DNA from: Candidatus Latescibacterota bacterium
GTDB taxonomy: Bacteria; Latescibacterota; UBA2968; UBA8231
Assembly: GCA_965221775.1 (NCBI GenBank)
Contig: CBDCSU010000003.1
Span: forward strand, 1 to 12,670
DNA length: 12,670 nt
Reading direction: 5' to 3'
Of this stretch, positions 1 through 7,528 are shown one piece after another. The notes under the pieces were generated by a model. The model did not search any database, was not told the DNA's origin, and was given only the letters and a program-made list of their open reading frames with translations. Made by a program: the position numbers and the translations under genes. The first letter of the stretch is position 1, and each line of letters begins with the position of its first letter.

Positions 1-819
1 GTCGAGGCCTGCGCCGGCCGCGGCATCCCCCTCGGGGCGGGGGTGATGGTCTCCTCCCACCCGGACTACCGCCGGGCCTACGGCCTGGCCTCCGGGGGGA
101 CGATCGGCCGGGTCCACCGCATCAACCTCCACGGCAGCAACAACCAGGGCGGCTGCCACGGCCTCAACCTGACCCGCAAGTTCGCCGCCAGGGCGGCGGT
201 GGAGCAGGTGATCGGCCGCGCCTCCGAGGATCCCCACAGCGACCACGAGCACCCCTACGACGGCGCCCCCACCGGCTTCGGCAACGTCGGCGGCTGGGTG
301 CGCTTCGCCAACGGGGTGGAGGCCTTCATCGGGGTGGAGGAGCTCGCCCTGAGCTGCATCGAGGTCATCGGCACCCGCGGCATGATCCTGAACCGCAACA
401 ACACCGGACTCGGCCTGCAGTTGCGCCTGGCCCCGGAGGACCTGGAGAGGCCCGGCCTCGTCGACATGGAGAGGGTGGAGGCCGGGTTCGAGAAGGAGCT
501 CAACACCGACCGCGGATACGACGAGTCCGGCTGGATCGACCCCGGCGACGTCATGCGCGCCATCGTCGACGACTTCATCCGCGTCCTCGAGGAGGGCGGG
601 GAGCTGGAGATCACCACCGGGGACGACCTGCGCCACGCCCTCGAGATCGCCATCGCCCTGCGCGAGTCCCACCGCCGCGGGCAGGTGCCCGTCGCCCTGC
701 CCCTGGAGGACCGCTCGCTGACGATGTATCCGCAGCGCACGCGGTGGCACTACAAGAAGACGATCATGGGCCGCGAGGCCTACATGGCCCAGCTGGCGCA
801 GCAGAAGCGGGAGGGGTGA
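1..819 (+). CDS. Gfo/Idh/MocA family NAD(P)-dependent oxidoreductase, 5'-truncated (C-terminal portion)
   Basis: Frame 1 is open from base 1 (VEACAGRGIPLGAGVMVSSHPDYRRA...), so the ORF-track start at 43 is internal. 'VEAC..GI.LGAG', 'GGTIGRVHRI', 'GCH', 'VRFANGVEA', 'IEVIGTRG' and 'TGDDLRHALEIAIALRES' follow the usual order in this family. Strong G/C bias at third codon positions; TGA at 817-819. Confidence 0.8.
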   Translation, partial: VEACAGRGIPLGAGVMVSSHPDYRRAYGLASGGTIGRVHRINLHGSNNQGGCHGLNLTRKFAARAAVEQVIGRASEDPHSDHEHPYDGAPTGFGNVGGWVRFANGVEAFIGVEELALSCIEVIGTRGMILNRNNTGLGLQLRLAPEDLERPGLVDMERVEAGFEKELNTDRGYDESGWIDPGDVMRAIVDDFIRVLEEGGELEITTGDDLRHALEIAIALRESHRRGQVPVALPLEDRSLTMYPQRTRWHYKKTIMGREAYMAQLAQQKREG

Positions 820-848
820 GGGGAGGAGGATCCTGTCGAGGCCGGAAT

Positions 849-878
849 GCGGCTCTCCCGGCGGTCCCGGAGAGCCGC
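849..878. terminator. Hairpin between convergent genes, possibly a bidirectional terminator or 3'-end stabiliser
   Basis: Perfect 10-bp inverted repeat GCGGCTCTCC (849-858) / GGAGAGCCGC (869-878) with a 10-nt loop, between the stops at 819 (+) and 878-880 (-). No long U tract on either side. Confidence 0.6.
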
Positions 879-2839
879 TACTTCAGGAGTCGGACGCTGC
901 GGATCTTGAGGGACGCCCAGCGGTGCGTTCGCGGCGACGGCCCCGCGCGCAGGACGAAGCGGCTGTCGGCGAGCAGCCCGGTGTAGAAGTACCCCGCCCG
1001 GCGCAGGGAGTCCGGCAGAGGGGCTTCCACCCGGAGGCGGCCGGTTCCCTCCACCGGGAAGACCTGCCCTGGCGTGTCGTTGAACTCCACCTGGACCGCC
1101 TTGGGAACCGCCGGGGCCCCCGGGTCGACGGCGGCCTCGAAGCGGACGCGGCGCCCGGTTCCGTCGTTGTGCAGGAGGAAGGTGGAGCGGCGGTCGAACC
1201 AGAGGCCGGTGCCGTCCGCCCGGGCCGGGTCCTCGCTGCAGCCCCGGATGATCTGTCCGAGGGCGGCCCCCCCCGGCCGGGTGAGGTCCAGGTGATCGGA
1301 GAACCGGCCGAGGTCCTCCTCGTCTCCAAAGGGGCCGAACCGGTGGACCGCCGGCCCGGCCATGGGAAAGTACTGGACCGCGAGGCGGTGACGCCGCGGA
1401 CCCGGCGGCGTGACGTATCCCAGGGAGCGAAGCTCCCGGAGCTTCTCCGCGGTCCGGTCGGCCTGCGACCGCTGCCGGGCGTTGAAGATGGTCAGGTTCC
1501 TGTTGTAGTGCCGCTGCATTTCCGCGTAGAGCCTGGAGGCCGCGTCGGCCTCGGTCTCGAGCAGGTTCCGGGTCTCCCCGGGATCTCGGCTCAGGTCGTA
1601 GAGCTCCTTGGAGTCCCGCAGCCTGTCGAGAATCAGCTTCCATCTCCCCTCGCGGATGGTCTGGATCAGGGTGCCCACCGGCCGGTTGGAGTAAAAGGTG
1701 CCCTCCGAGTAGATCGGCCGGGCGTCCGTCACCGGGGAACCTGCGGCCCTGGAGAAGGGCCACAGGGACCGGCCCTGGACCTGCTCCGGCACCGGCATCC
1801 CGGCCCGCTCCAGCAGGGTGGGGAGCACGTCGATGAGGCTCACGGGGCGGGAGACCCTTCGGCCGATGCCGTCCTCGGCGGGGTCGAAGAGGACGAGGGG
1901 GACATGCAGGCCCACGTCGTAGCCCGAGTTGGCGTGTCCGAAGAACCCGTGCTCCAGCAGCTGCTCGCCGTGATCGGAGGTGACCAGGACCACCGTGTTG
2001 CGGTCCAGCCCGTTCCGGCGCAGGGCCTCCAGGATGGCCCCCACCGCTTCGTCCCAGTAGGCGATGGAGGAGTCGTACAGGTCCGAGTAGTCCTCGAAGT
2101 AGCGGGCGATTTCGCCCGCGTCCTCCCCTTCGCCGCGCCACTTCTGCACCGTGGACCACCAGGCGCGCATCACCATGGTCTCGAGGAGCAGGGTGTCCTG
2201 CATGTCGAAGACGAAGGCGGAGGGGTCGGCCATCCGGCTGAACTCGGCGGCCGGAATCCGGTGCGGGTCGTGGACGTCGAGGAAGTGCAGGTACGCCAGG
2301 AAGGGGCGGTCTCCCTCCCGGGAGTGCCTGCCGATGAACTCCGTGGCCGCCTCGGACAGCTCGAAGGCCGAGGCCCGGTTCTTCTCGAAGTGCTCGTGGA
2401 ACCCCTGGTCCATCCGGTACTTCCGGCCCGCCAGGCCGTTGGCGATGAAGGCCGCCGTGGTGTAGCCGGCGTCGCGGAAGATCTCGGCCATGGTCAGGTT
2501 CGCCTCCTCGAGCACATAGTCCGAGTTCACGTACCCGTGGGCGAGGGGGTATTGGCCGGTGAAGAGGGAGGCGGTGGAGGCCTGGGTGTAGTCCGAAGGA
2601 GCGTAGCAACGTGTGAAGAGGGTTCCCCTCTGCGCCAGCTGGTCGACGACGGGGCTGGTGGACTTTCCGTATCCGTAGCAGCCGAGACGGTCCGCCCTCA
2701 GCGTATCCATGAGGAGGATGAGGATGTTCGGCCTCGGGGCCTGCGGGGCGGTGCAGGCGGTCAGGGTGCCCAGGGCGGCCGATGCGGCGACGAGGAGGGG
2801 AAGGATCAAGGGAGCGGGGAAGGGGGTTTCTCGTGCCAT
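878..2839 (-). CDS. Sulfatase-like hydrolase (alkaline phosphatase superfamily), predicted lipoprotein with an extra C-terminal domain, ~653 aa
   Basis: Motifs RPNILILLMDTLRADRLGCYGY, ASLFTGQYP, PFLAYLHFLDVHDPH, TSDHGE, HVPLV, VSLIDVLPTLL, ELYDLSRDPGETRNL and LRSLGY. ATG 2839 is preferred over the ORF-track start 2959 because it gives a signal peptide with lipobox LTA-C and avoids overlapping the divergent gene. Confidence 0.9.
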   Translation of the reverse strand: MARETPFPAPLILPLLVAASAALGTLTACTAPQAPRPNILILLMDTLRADRLGCYGYGKSTSPVVDQLAQRGTLFTRCYAPSDYTQASTASLFTGQYPLAHGYVNSDYVLEEANLTMAEIFRDAGYTTAAFIANGLAGRKYRMDQGFHEHFEKNRASAFELSEAATEFIGRHSREGDRPFLAYLHFLDVHDPHRIPAAEFSRMADPSAFVFDMQDTLLLETMVMRAWWSTVQKWRGEGEDAGEIARYFEDYSDLYDSSIAYWDEAVGAILEALRRNGLDRNTVVLVTSDHGEQLLEHGFFGHANSGYDVGLHVPLVLFDPAEDGIGRRVSRPVSLIDVLPTLLERAGMPVPEQVQGRSLWPFSRAAGSPVTDARPIYSEGTFYSNRPVGTLIQTIREGRWKLILDRLRDSKELYDLSRDPGETRNLLETEADAASRLYAEMQRHYNRNLTIFNARQRSQADRTAEKLRELRSLGYVTPPGPRRHRLAVQYFPMAGPAVHRFGPFGDEEDLGRFSDHLDLTRPGGAALGQIIRGCSEDPARADGTGLWFDRRSTFLLHNDGTGRRVRFEAAVDPGAPAVPKAVQVEFNDTPGQVFPVEGTGRLRVEAPLPDSLRRAGYFYTGLLADSRFVLRAGPSPRTHRWASLKIRSVRLLK

Positions 2840-2897
2840 CGGGTCATGTGTCGAGCCGCGGGACTCATCCGCTCTCCCGGACGCAACGTCAACGGGG

Positions 2898-2913
2898 TAC
2901 CTTGAGTAAGGTA
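2898..2913. promoter_or_regulatory. Palindrome in the divergent intergenic region (candidate operator or start-occluding hairpin)
   Basis: TACCTT (2898-2903) GAGT AAGGTA (2908-2913) is a perfect, relatively AT-rich dyad whose last base is the A of ATG 2913. Confidence 0.35.
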
Positions 2914-4493
2914 TGGCCCGAAGGATAGCGAGTCCCGCGCGCCTGCCATTGGCCCGCATGCTCCTGGTCGGGGCGGCGGTCTGTGCCTGCGAATCCGGCC
3001 CTGCGGACCGGCAGCAGCGATTCCGTGCCCGCTACCCGCTGGGAGCCGCCGGAGCCGGGTCGATCGCGGCCTTGCAGGCTGCGGTGGACCGGGGCCGGGC
3101 GTCGGCGGACGACCGCTGCGACTTGGCCGCGGCCCTGGCCGCCGGGGGACGGCTGAGGCCCGCCCTGGAGGTTCTGGAGGAGGCCCGCGGGTTCCATCCC
3201 GAAGAGGTGAGGGTTCTGTACAACCTGGGCGATATGCAGCGCCGCCTCGGCCGCCTGGACGAGGCCGTGGAGACCCTGACGGGGGCCGTGCGCCTGGAGC
3301 CGGATTACGCGGACCTGCGCCTCAGCCTCTGCGGGGCGTACGCCCACCGGGCCCCCGTCGCCGCCGCCGGATCGCCGGAGCGTGTGGTTCAGGCCGATCT
3401 GGACAGCGCCCTCGCTCACTGCGGAGCGGCTGTCGACCTGTGGCCCCAGGACCCGTTCTACCGGCACAACCTCGGCCGGGTCCTGTACCTGTCCGCCAGG
3501 TATGGGGAGGCGGCCGAGGCCTTCGGAGAGGCCTTGAGGCTCGACACCGGCCGCCAGGACACCCGCCTCTACCTGGGGAAGTCCCTGGTCGTGGCCGGCC
3601 GATTCGAGCCCGCCCTCGAACATCTGAGCGGGTCCGTGGCAGCGGCGCCGAAGGATGCCGAGGGACACTACTTCAGGGGCCGGGCTTTCGAGGGGCTCGG
3701 ACGGCTCCCCGAGGCGGCCCGGGCTTACGAACGGGCGGTGGCCCTGCGGCCCGAGTACGCCGACGCTCTCTACAGCCTCGGCCGCGTCCTCCACCGGGAT
3801 GGGCAGAGGGAGGAAGGGGACAGCGTACTGGTCCGCTTCGAGTCCCTCGAGGCCCGGGGCGAGGCCGGACTGACCGCGGCCCGGGCGGCGGTGCAGCGGC
3901 AACCCCGGGACCTCCTCTCACGCCGGGCCCTGGCAGCGCGGCTGATCGCCCTCGGCCGGCTGTCGGAAGCCAGGGAACAGCTGCTCGTGGCAAGCGCCTT
4001 GGATCCCCGGCACGCGGGGGTGCTCTTCGATCTCGGTCTGGTCCTCGCGCGCCAGCAGGACTGGCCGGGCTCGATCGCGGCGCTGATCGAAGCGGTCCGG
4101 ATCGAGCCCGACTCGGCGGCCTACGGCGTGCGCCTGGCCCAGGCCTACGCCGGCGCCGGGATGACGGCTGAGGCCGTCCACACCCTGAGCCGGATCCTGG
4201 AGTCGCATCCAGGGAACGGCAAGGCGCGGCTGGAGATGGCCCGAATCGAAGAGAGCCGGGGTCGTCCGGGGGAGGCGGAGAGGCTGCTGAAGGACCTGTT
4301 GCGCGCTCCGGCCAAGGGAGCCGATCCGGAGGAGGTCCGGTTCCACCTGGCCGTGATCCTCCTGCGCAGCGAGCGTCCGGCCGAGGCCAGGCATCTCCTC
4401 GAAGAAATCGTGGCGAGGGATCCGGCCTTTCCCCGGGCTGCGGAACTGCTGCGCGCCATCGAGCGGCGCCAGAAGGAGGCGGCCGGATCGTGA
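2913..4493 (+). CDS. Tetratricopeptide repeat (TPR) protein, probably exported or lipoprotein
   Basis: Roughly ten TPR-like units such as VLYNLGDMQRRLGRLDEAVETLTGAVRLEPDY, GHYFRGRAFEGLGRLPEAARAYERAVALRPEY and VLFDLGLVLARQQDWPGSIAALIEAVRIEPDS. Basic N-terminus, hydrophobic stretch and VCA-C. An alternative start is ATG 2958. Confidence 0.88.
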   Translation: MARRIASPARLPLARMLLVGAAVCACESGPADRQQRFRARYPLGAAGAGSIAALQAAVDRGRASADDRCDLAAALAAGGRLRPALEVLEEARGFHPEEVRVLYNLGDMQRRLGRLDEAVETLTGAVRLEPDYADLRLSLCGAYAHRAPVAAAGSPERVVQADLDSALAHCGAAVDLWPQDPFYRHNLGRVLYLSARYGEAAEAFGEALRLDTGRQDTRLYLGKSLVVAGRFEPALEHLSGSVAAAPKDAEGHYFRGRAFEGLGRLPEAARAYERAVALRPEYADALYSLGRVLHRDGQREEGDSVLVRFESLEARGEAGLTAARAAVQRQPRDLLSRRALAARLIALGRLSEAREQLLVASALDPRHAGVLFDLGLVLARQQDWPGSIAALIEAVRIEPDSAAYGVRLAQAYAGAGMTAEAVHTLSRILESHPGNGKARLEMARIEESRGRPGEAERLLKDLLRAPAKGADPEEVRFHLAVILLRSERPAEARHLLEEIVARDPAFPRAAELLRAIERRQKEAAGS

Positions 4494-4529
4494 AGGCGGT
4501 CCCCTGTTTTCGAATCGTCTCCAGCGCAC

Positions 4530-4544
4530 TTATCTATTCTATAT
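4530..4544. promoter_or_regulatory. AT-rich patch, candidate -10 region
   Basis: TTATCTATTCTATAT in a GC-rich background, in the gap before the gene at 4627. It reads TATTCT on + and TAGAAT on -. No convincing -35 seen. Confidence 0.35.
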
Positions 4545-4626
4545 CCCGTCACCACGTGATCCAGTTACTCGCGGGCTCCCGGACATACCCGGGACCTCAC
4601 AAGCAGATAGCAGGAGTGAGCCCTCC

Positions 4627-5247
4627 ATGCCGTCCTCAAACCGAAAGACTCACCCAGGATGTCCTGTGCGCGCCACCCGGGACCGGGGCTTCCCAGGGAC
4701 CTGTCCCGCCTTCTCCGGGAGGGCGGCGGCCAGGGTCGCCGCCGGAGTCCTGGTCTGGGCGATGGCAGCCCTCCCCGGCTGCGGCGAACCCGAGCGTCCG
4801 CTGCTGCATCCCACAGAACTGATGGGACGCACTCCGGAGGCGCTCATGGCCCGCCTGGGGGCTGCGGACATGCACATCGAGGAGACGCCGGCGCGGATCG
4901 GCTTCCTGCGCTGGAACGACCTCGGCGGCATCCGGGTCCTCGTCGCCTACAGTGACTCGACCACCAATTACGTCACCTACCGGTTGCCCGAGGAGGGGCC
5001 CTTCGACGAGGAACAGGCCTTCCGCACCCTTGGGTTGCGCCGGCCTTCCAACCCGGGCCGGCCCATGGAGGGGAGCCCGGCGCGGGTCTGGGATGCGGAC
5101 GGCGACTTCCCTCGCATCATGGTCAATCCCTTCACGAGGCTGATTTCAGTGGGCCCCTTGCCCGACTGGGCCAAGCAGGGCATACGCCACGCAGAAGCCT
5201 CTGGACCCCTGGAAATGCCGCGTCGCGAGGCCCCCGCCGAGCGGTGA
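4627..5247 (+). CDS. Hypothetical lipoprotein
   Basis: AGGAG at 4612-4616 precedes ATG 4627. Hydrophobic VAAGVLVWAMAA is followed by lipobox LPG-C (Cys codon 4780-4782), and codon bias is coding-like after that point. The n-region is unusually long, so the true start may be later. Confidence 0.7.
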   Translation: MPSSNRKTHPGCPVRATRDRGFPGTCPAFSGRAAARVAAGVLVWAMAALPGCGEPERPLLHPTELMGRTPEALMARLGAADMHIEETPARIGFLRWNDLGGIRVLVAYSDSTTNYVTYRLPEEGPFDEEQAFRTLGLRRPSNPGRPMEGSPARVWDADGDFPRIMVNPFTRLISVGPLPDWAKQGIRHAEASGPLEMPRREAPAER

Positions 5248-5255
5248 GAAAAGGC

Positions 5256-5287
5256 TTGACTTGCCGCTCGATGTGGTCGTATAGAAT
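5256..5287 (+). promoter_or_regulatory. Sigma70-type promoter for the envelope cluster
   Basis: TTGACT (5256-5261) lies 18 bp before TATAGA (5280-5285), which overlaps TAGAAT (5282-5287). A second TTGCCG is at 5261-5266. The spacing is imperfect for each pairing. Confidence 0.6.
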
Positions 5288-5460
5288 ACCGATGTCCCCC
5301 TGACGGGCCCGCAGAGTCCCGCGAGAGCCAGATGAATAGACAGGCTCACAGAGTCGCTCATCCAGACTCCGCAGACCGGCCCGATCCGAAGCTGGCCGGC
5401 CTTCCAGGGCCACACCTTTCCCCCCCGTCCAAGCTACCCTCGACCATCCAATCCCCCTGC

Positions 5461-5466
5461 AGGAGG
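5461..5466 (+). promoter_or_regulatory. Shine-Dalgarno sequence
   Basis: Perfect AGGAGG, 9 nt before the in-frame ATG at 5476. Confidence 0.85.
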
Positions 5467-5475
5467 AAATGGCAC

Positions 5476-7374
5476 ATGCGTGTATCTCGATGGCTCACGG
5501 CTGTGGGCCTGGCCGCCCTTCTCGCCGGTCCTGCCTACGCCCAGACCACGTACTACGGCGACCCGGACTTCACCGTGGAGAGGGACTGGCGCAGCGGCAT
5601 GCCCGTCGTGCTGACCGCCAGCACCCAGAACGTGGGGTACGAGTTCGACGGCAGTACCCTGGAGATCCCCTTCACCATCACCGGCACGCGGGCTACGGTC
5701 TACCTGGCGGTCTACACCAGCGGCGCCAACCCGCAGTACGGCGGCGACCCCTTCGGAGTGGGCGGCATCGGCGGTGCCGCCCTGAGGGCAGCGGGCATCG
5801 ACACCCTGGTGTCCCTGTCCGCCGGGGAGTCCTTCAACGCCGGATCCCACACCATCGCCTGGGACGGCCTGGACCACACCGGCGCTGCGGTGGCCCCGGG
5901 CAACTACGACTTCTACCTCATCGCCATGGACGACGTCTCCAAGCCGACCTGGACCGGCCGCGGCTCCTATGTGTGGAGCAGCCGGGCCTACGACTTCCGC
6001 TTCGACCCACCCGTGGTGTGGAACACCGCCGGGCAGGGTTCCAATCCGGAGGACGGCACCAGCTTCGAGCAGCGGCTCGAGCGGGGCCCGATGGGCGTCG
6101 ATCTGATCGCCAACGGTGACGTGCCCACGAACTTCCTGATGCCGTGGATGGTTCCGCGGCTGAAGGAGATCAACGCCGAGATGAACCCGGACCAGTGGGA
6201 CCTGTCCTTCGTCGAGATCGACCCTCAGGATCCGAACGTGGCGTACGTGGGCAACTACGGATGCTGCGCCGGCATGCCGGGCGGCTTCTGGAAGGTCAAC
6301 ATCGACCTCGACAACGTCTCCACGTCGCCTGAGGAGAGCTTCGCTGATCGCGGCCACATCGTCTGGGAACAGCGTGTCTTCGACGCGGCCCTGATGGCCG
6401 AGCACACCAAGGAGTGGCTCAGCGACGATGGTCTCATCTATATGAGCCACATGGACCGCGAGGAGCCCTTCACGCCCCAGATCGTGATGTTCGATCGCGC
6501 CACGGGTGACATCGCCAACGTCATGGACCTGACGGACCTGTACGTGCAGACCCGTCCGGATACCGACACGCCCGACGCCCCGTACGTGCCGGGGCCCTCC
6601 GGCATCGATGTGGACGACACGGGGATCTACGTAAGCGCCTACTGGATGCAGGCGCCGCGGGCCTTCCCGACGAAGTACACCCAGGATGGCGACATCATCT
6701 GGCAGAACCAGAACGGCGACGGGTTCATCGACCGCTACACGGGCGAAGAGGCCGAGGCCCTCGGTATCGTGGTCGTCGACCAGATGGTCAACACCGACAT
6801 CAGCGTCACGCGCCACGGTATCTCGGTAGCCGGCGGCTACAACGACCCGGCCTGGGGCTACATCTTCGGTCCCGATGGTTCCGGTCTGCTGCGCCTGGAT
6901 CTGCCTCACATGGGTCCCGATCTCGGTGGCGAGGTGGTCATCATCGACCGCGGCGGCGAGTTCGACGGGTTGTATATCCCGGTCTGCTGCAACCGCGCCG
7001 TGCAGTGGCCCTTCGACATCGTCAGGGCCAGCATCTCCGAGGGCACCACGTCGGTGGCCGAGGTCGAGGGCGCGGCCGTGCCCGGCGCCTTCAGGGTGAG
7101 CGATGCGGCGCCCAATCCGTTCAACCCGGAGACCAGCTTCCGGGTGTCCATACCCGAGACGGGCGGCGACGTTCACGTCCATATCGCGGTCTACAACACC
7201 GCCGGGCAGCAGGTGGCGGTGCTGGCTGACGAGCAGATGCGCTCGGGAGTCTACGAGGCGACCTGGGATGGCCGGGACATGAACGGCCGCCTGGTGTCGA
7301 GCGGTGTGTATCTCTACACCGTCCGCGCCGGAGCCGATTTCGTCGAGTCGAAACGGATGACGCTGCTGAAGTAG
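5476..7374 (+). CDS. Secreted protein (~632 aa): N-terminal FlgD-Ig-like domain, probable beta-propeller core, C-terminal FlgD-Ig / T9SS type-A-like sorting domain
   Basis: Signal peptide MRVSRWLTAVGLAALLAGPAYA-Q. The N-domain has GSHTIAWDGLDHTGAAVAPGNYDFYL. Blade-like segments include VEIDPQDPNVAYVGN, DDGLIYMS and GPSGIDVDDTGIYVS. The tail reads PNPFNPET...AVYNTAGQQVAVL...WDGRDMNGRLVSSGVYLY...KRMTLLK. The ORF-track start at 5332 lies in the leader. Confidence 0.88.
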   Translation: MRVSRWLTAVGLAALLAGPAYAQTTYYGDPDFTVERDWRSGMPVVLTASTQNVGYEFDGSTLEIPFTITGTRATVYLAVYTSGANPQYGGDPFGVGGIGGAALRAAGIDTLVSLSAGESFNAGSHTIAWDGLDHTGAAVAPGNYDFYLIAMDDVSKPTWTGRGSYVWSSRAYDFRFDPPVVWNTAGQGSNPEDGTSFEQRLERGPMGVDLIANGDVPTNFLMPWMVPRLKEINAEMNPDQWDLSFVEIDPQDPNVAYVGNYGCCAGMPGGFWKVNIDLDNVSTSPEESFADRGHIVWEQRVFDAALMAEHTKEWLSDDGLIYMSHMDREEPFTPQIVMFDRATGDIANVMDLTDLYVQTRPDTDTPDAPYVPGPSGIDVDDTGIYVSAYWMQAPRAFPTKYTQDGDIIWQNQNGDGFIDRYTGEEAEALGIVVVDQMVNTDISVTRHGISVAGGYNDPAWGYIFGPDGSGLLRLDLPHMGPDLGGEVVIIDRGGEFDGLYIPVCCNRAVQWPFDIVRASISEGTTSVAEVEGAAVPGAFRVSDAAPNPFNPETSFRVSIPETGGDVHVHIAVYNTAGQQVAVLADEQMRSGVYEATWDGRDMNGRLVSSGVYLYTVRAGADFVESKRMTLLK

Positions 7375-7400
7375 CCCTTGTCCACAGTGGTCCAGAGTAG

Positions 7401-7450
7401 AAGGGTCAGGTAGGTCCCATAGATGCGGTCTGGACCTACCTGACCTTTTT
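7401..7450 (+). terminator. Intrinsic (Rho-independent) terminator
   Basis: Perfect 14-bp stem GGTCAGGTAGGTCC (7404-7417) / GGACCTACCTGACC (7432-7445) with a 14-nt loop, then TTTTT (7446-7450), about 30 nt after TAG 7374. Confidence 0.88.
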
Positions 7451-7528
7451 GCTTCCCCGGGCAACTCCGGAGCCAGGTGCGGGAAGCACGATCCCGCTGC
7501 TTCGCAGATCATCAGGGGGGAGGGGGAC

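Noticed and set aside
1267-1274. C8 run (G8 on the coding strand) in the sulfatase-like gene
   Set aside because: Short, late in the gene and plausible by chance in Pro-Gly-Gly-Ala codons.
780-2905. Long alternative ORFs 780-2609 (-) and 923-2905 (+)
   Set aside because: Shadow frames of the sulfatase-like gene. They are Arg/Pro/Gly-rich or antisense-mirror in composition with no motifs, as expected when stops are scarce at high GC.
4490-4822. 110 aa ORF overlapping the TPR stop (GTGA)
   Set aside because: It crosses the AT-rich intergenic patch, overlaps the lipoprotein gene out of frame, and has no protein-like features.
5332-5475. N-terminal extension given by the ORF track
   Set aside because: It lies upstream of the SD and signal peptide, so it is better read as 5' leader.
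5469-6119. Out-of-frame ATG 5469 behind the same SD, opening a 216 aa ORF
   Set aside because: Only 2 nt from the SD, and the product is Arg-rich and low in complexity. ATG 5476 has proper spacing and gives a signal peptide.
7111-7374. Calling the FlgD-like domains flagellar flgD
   Set aside because: They are appended to Sec-exported proteins and there are no flagellar genes in the window.
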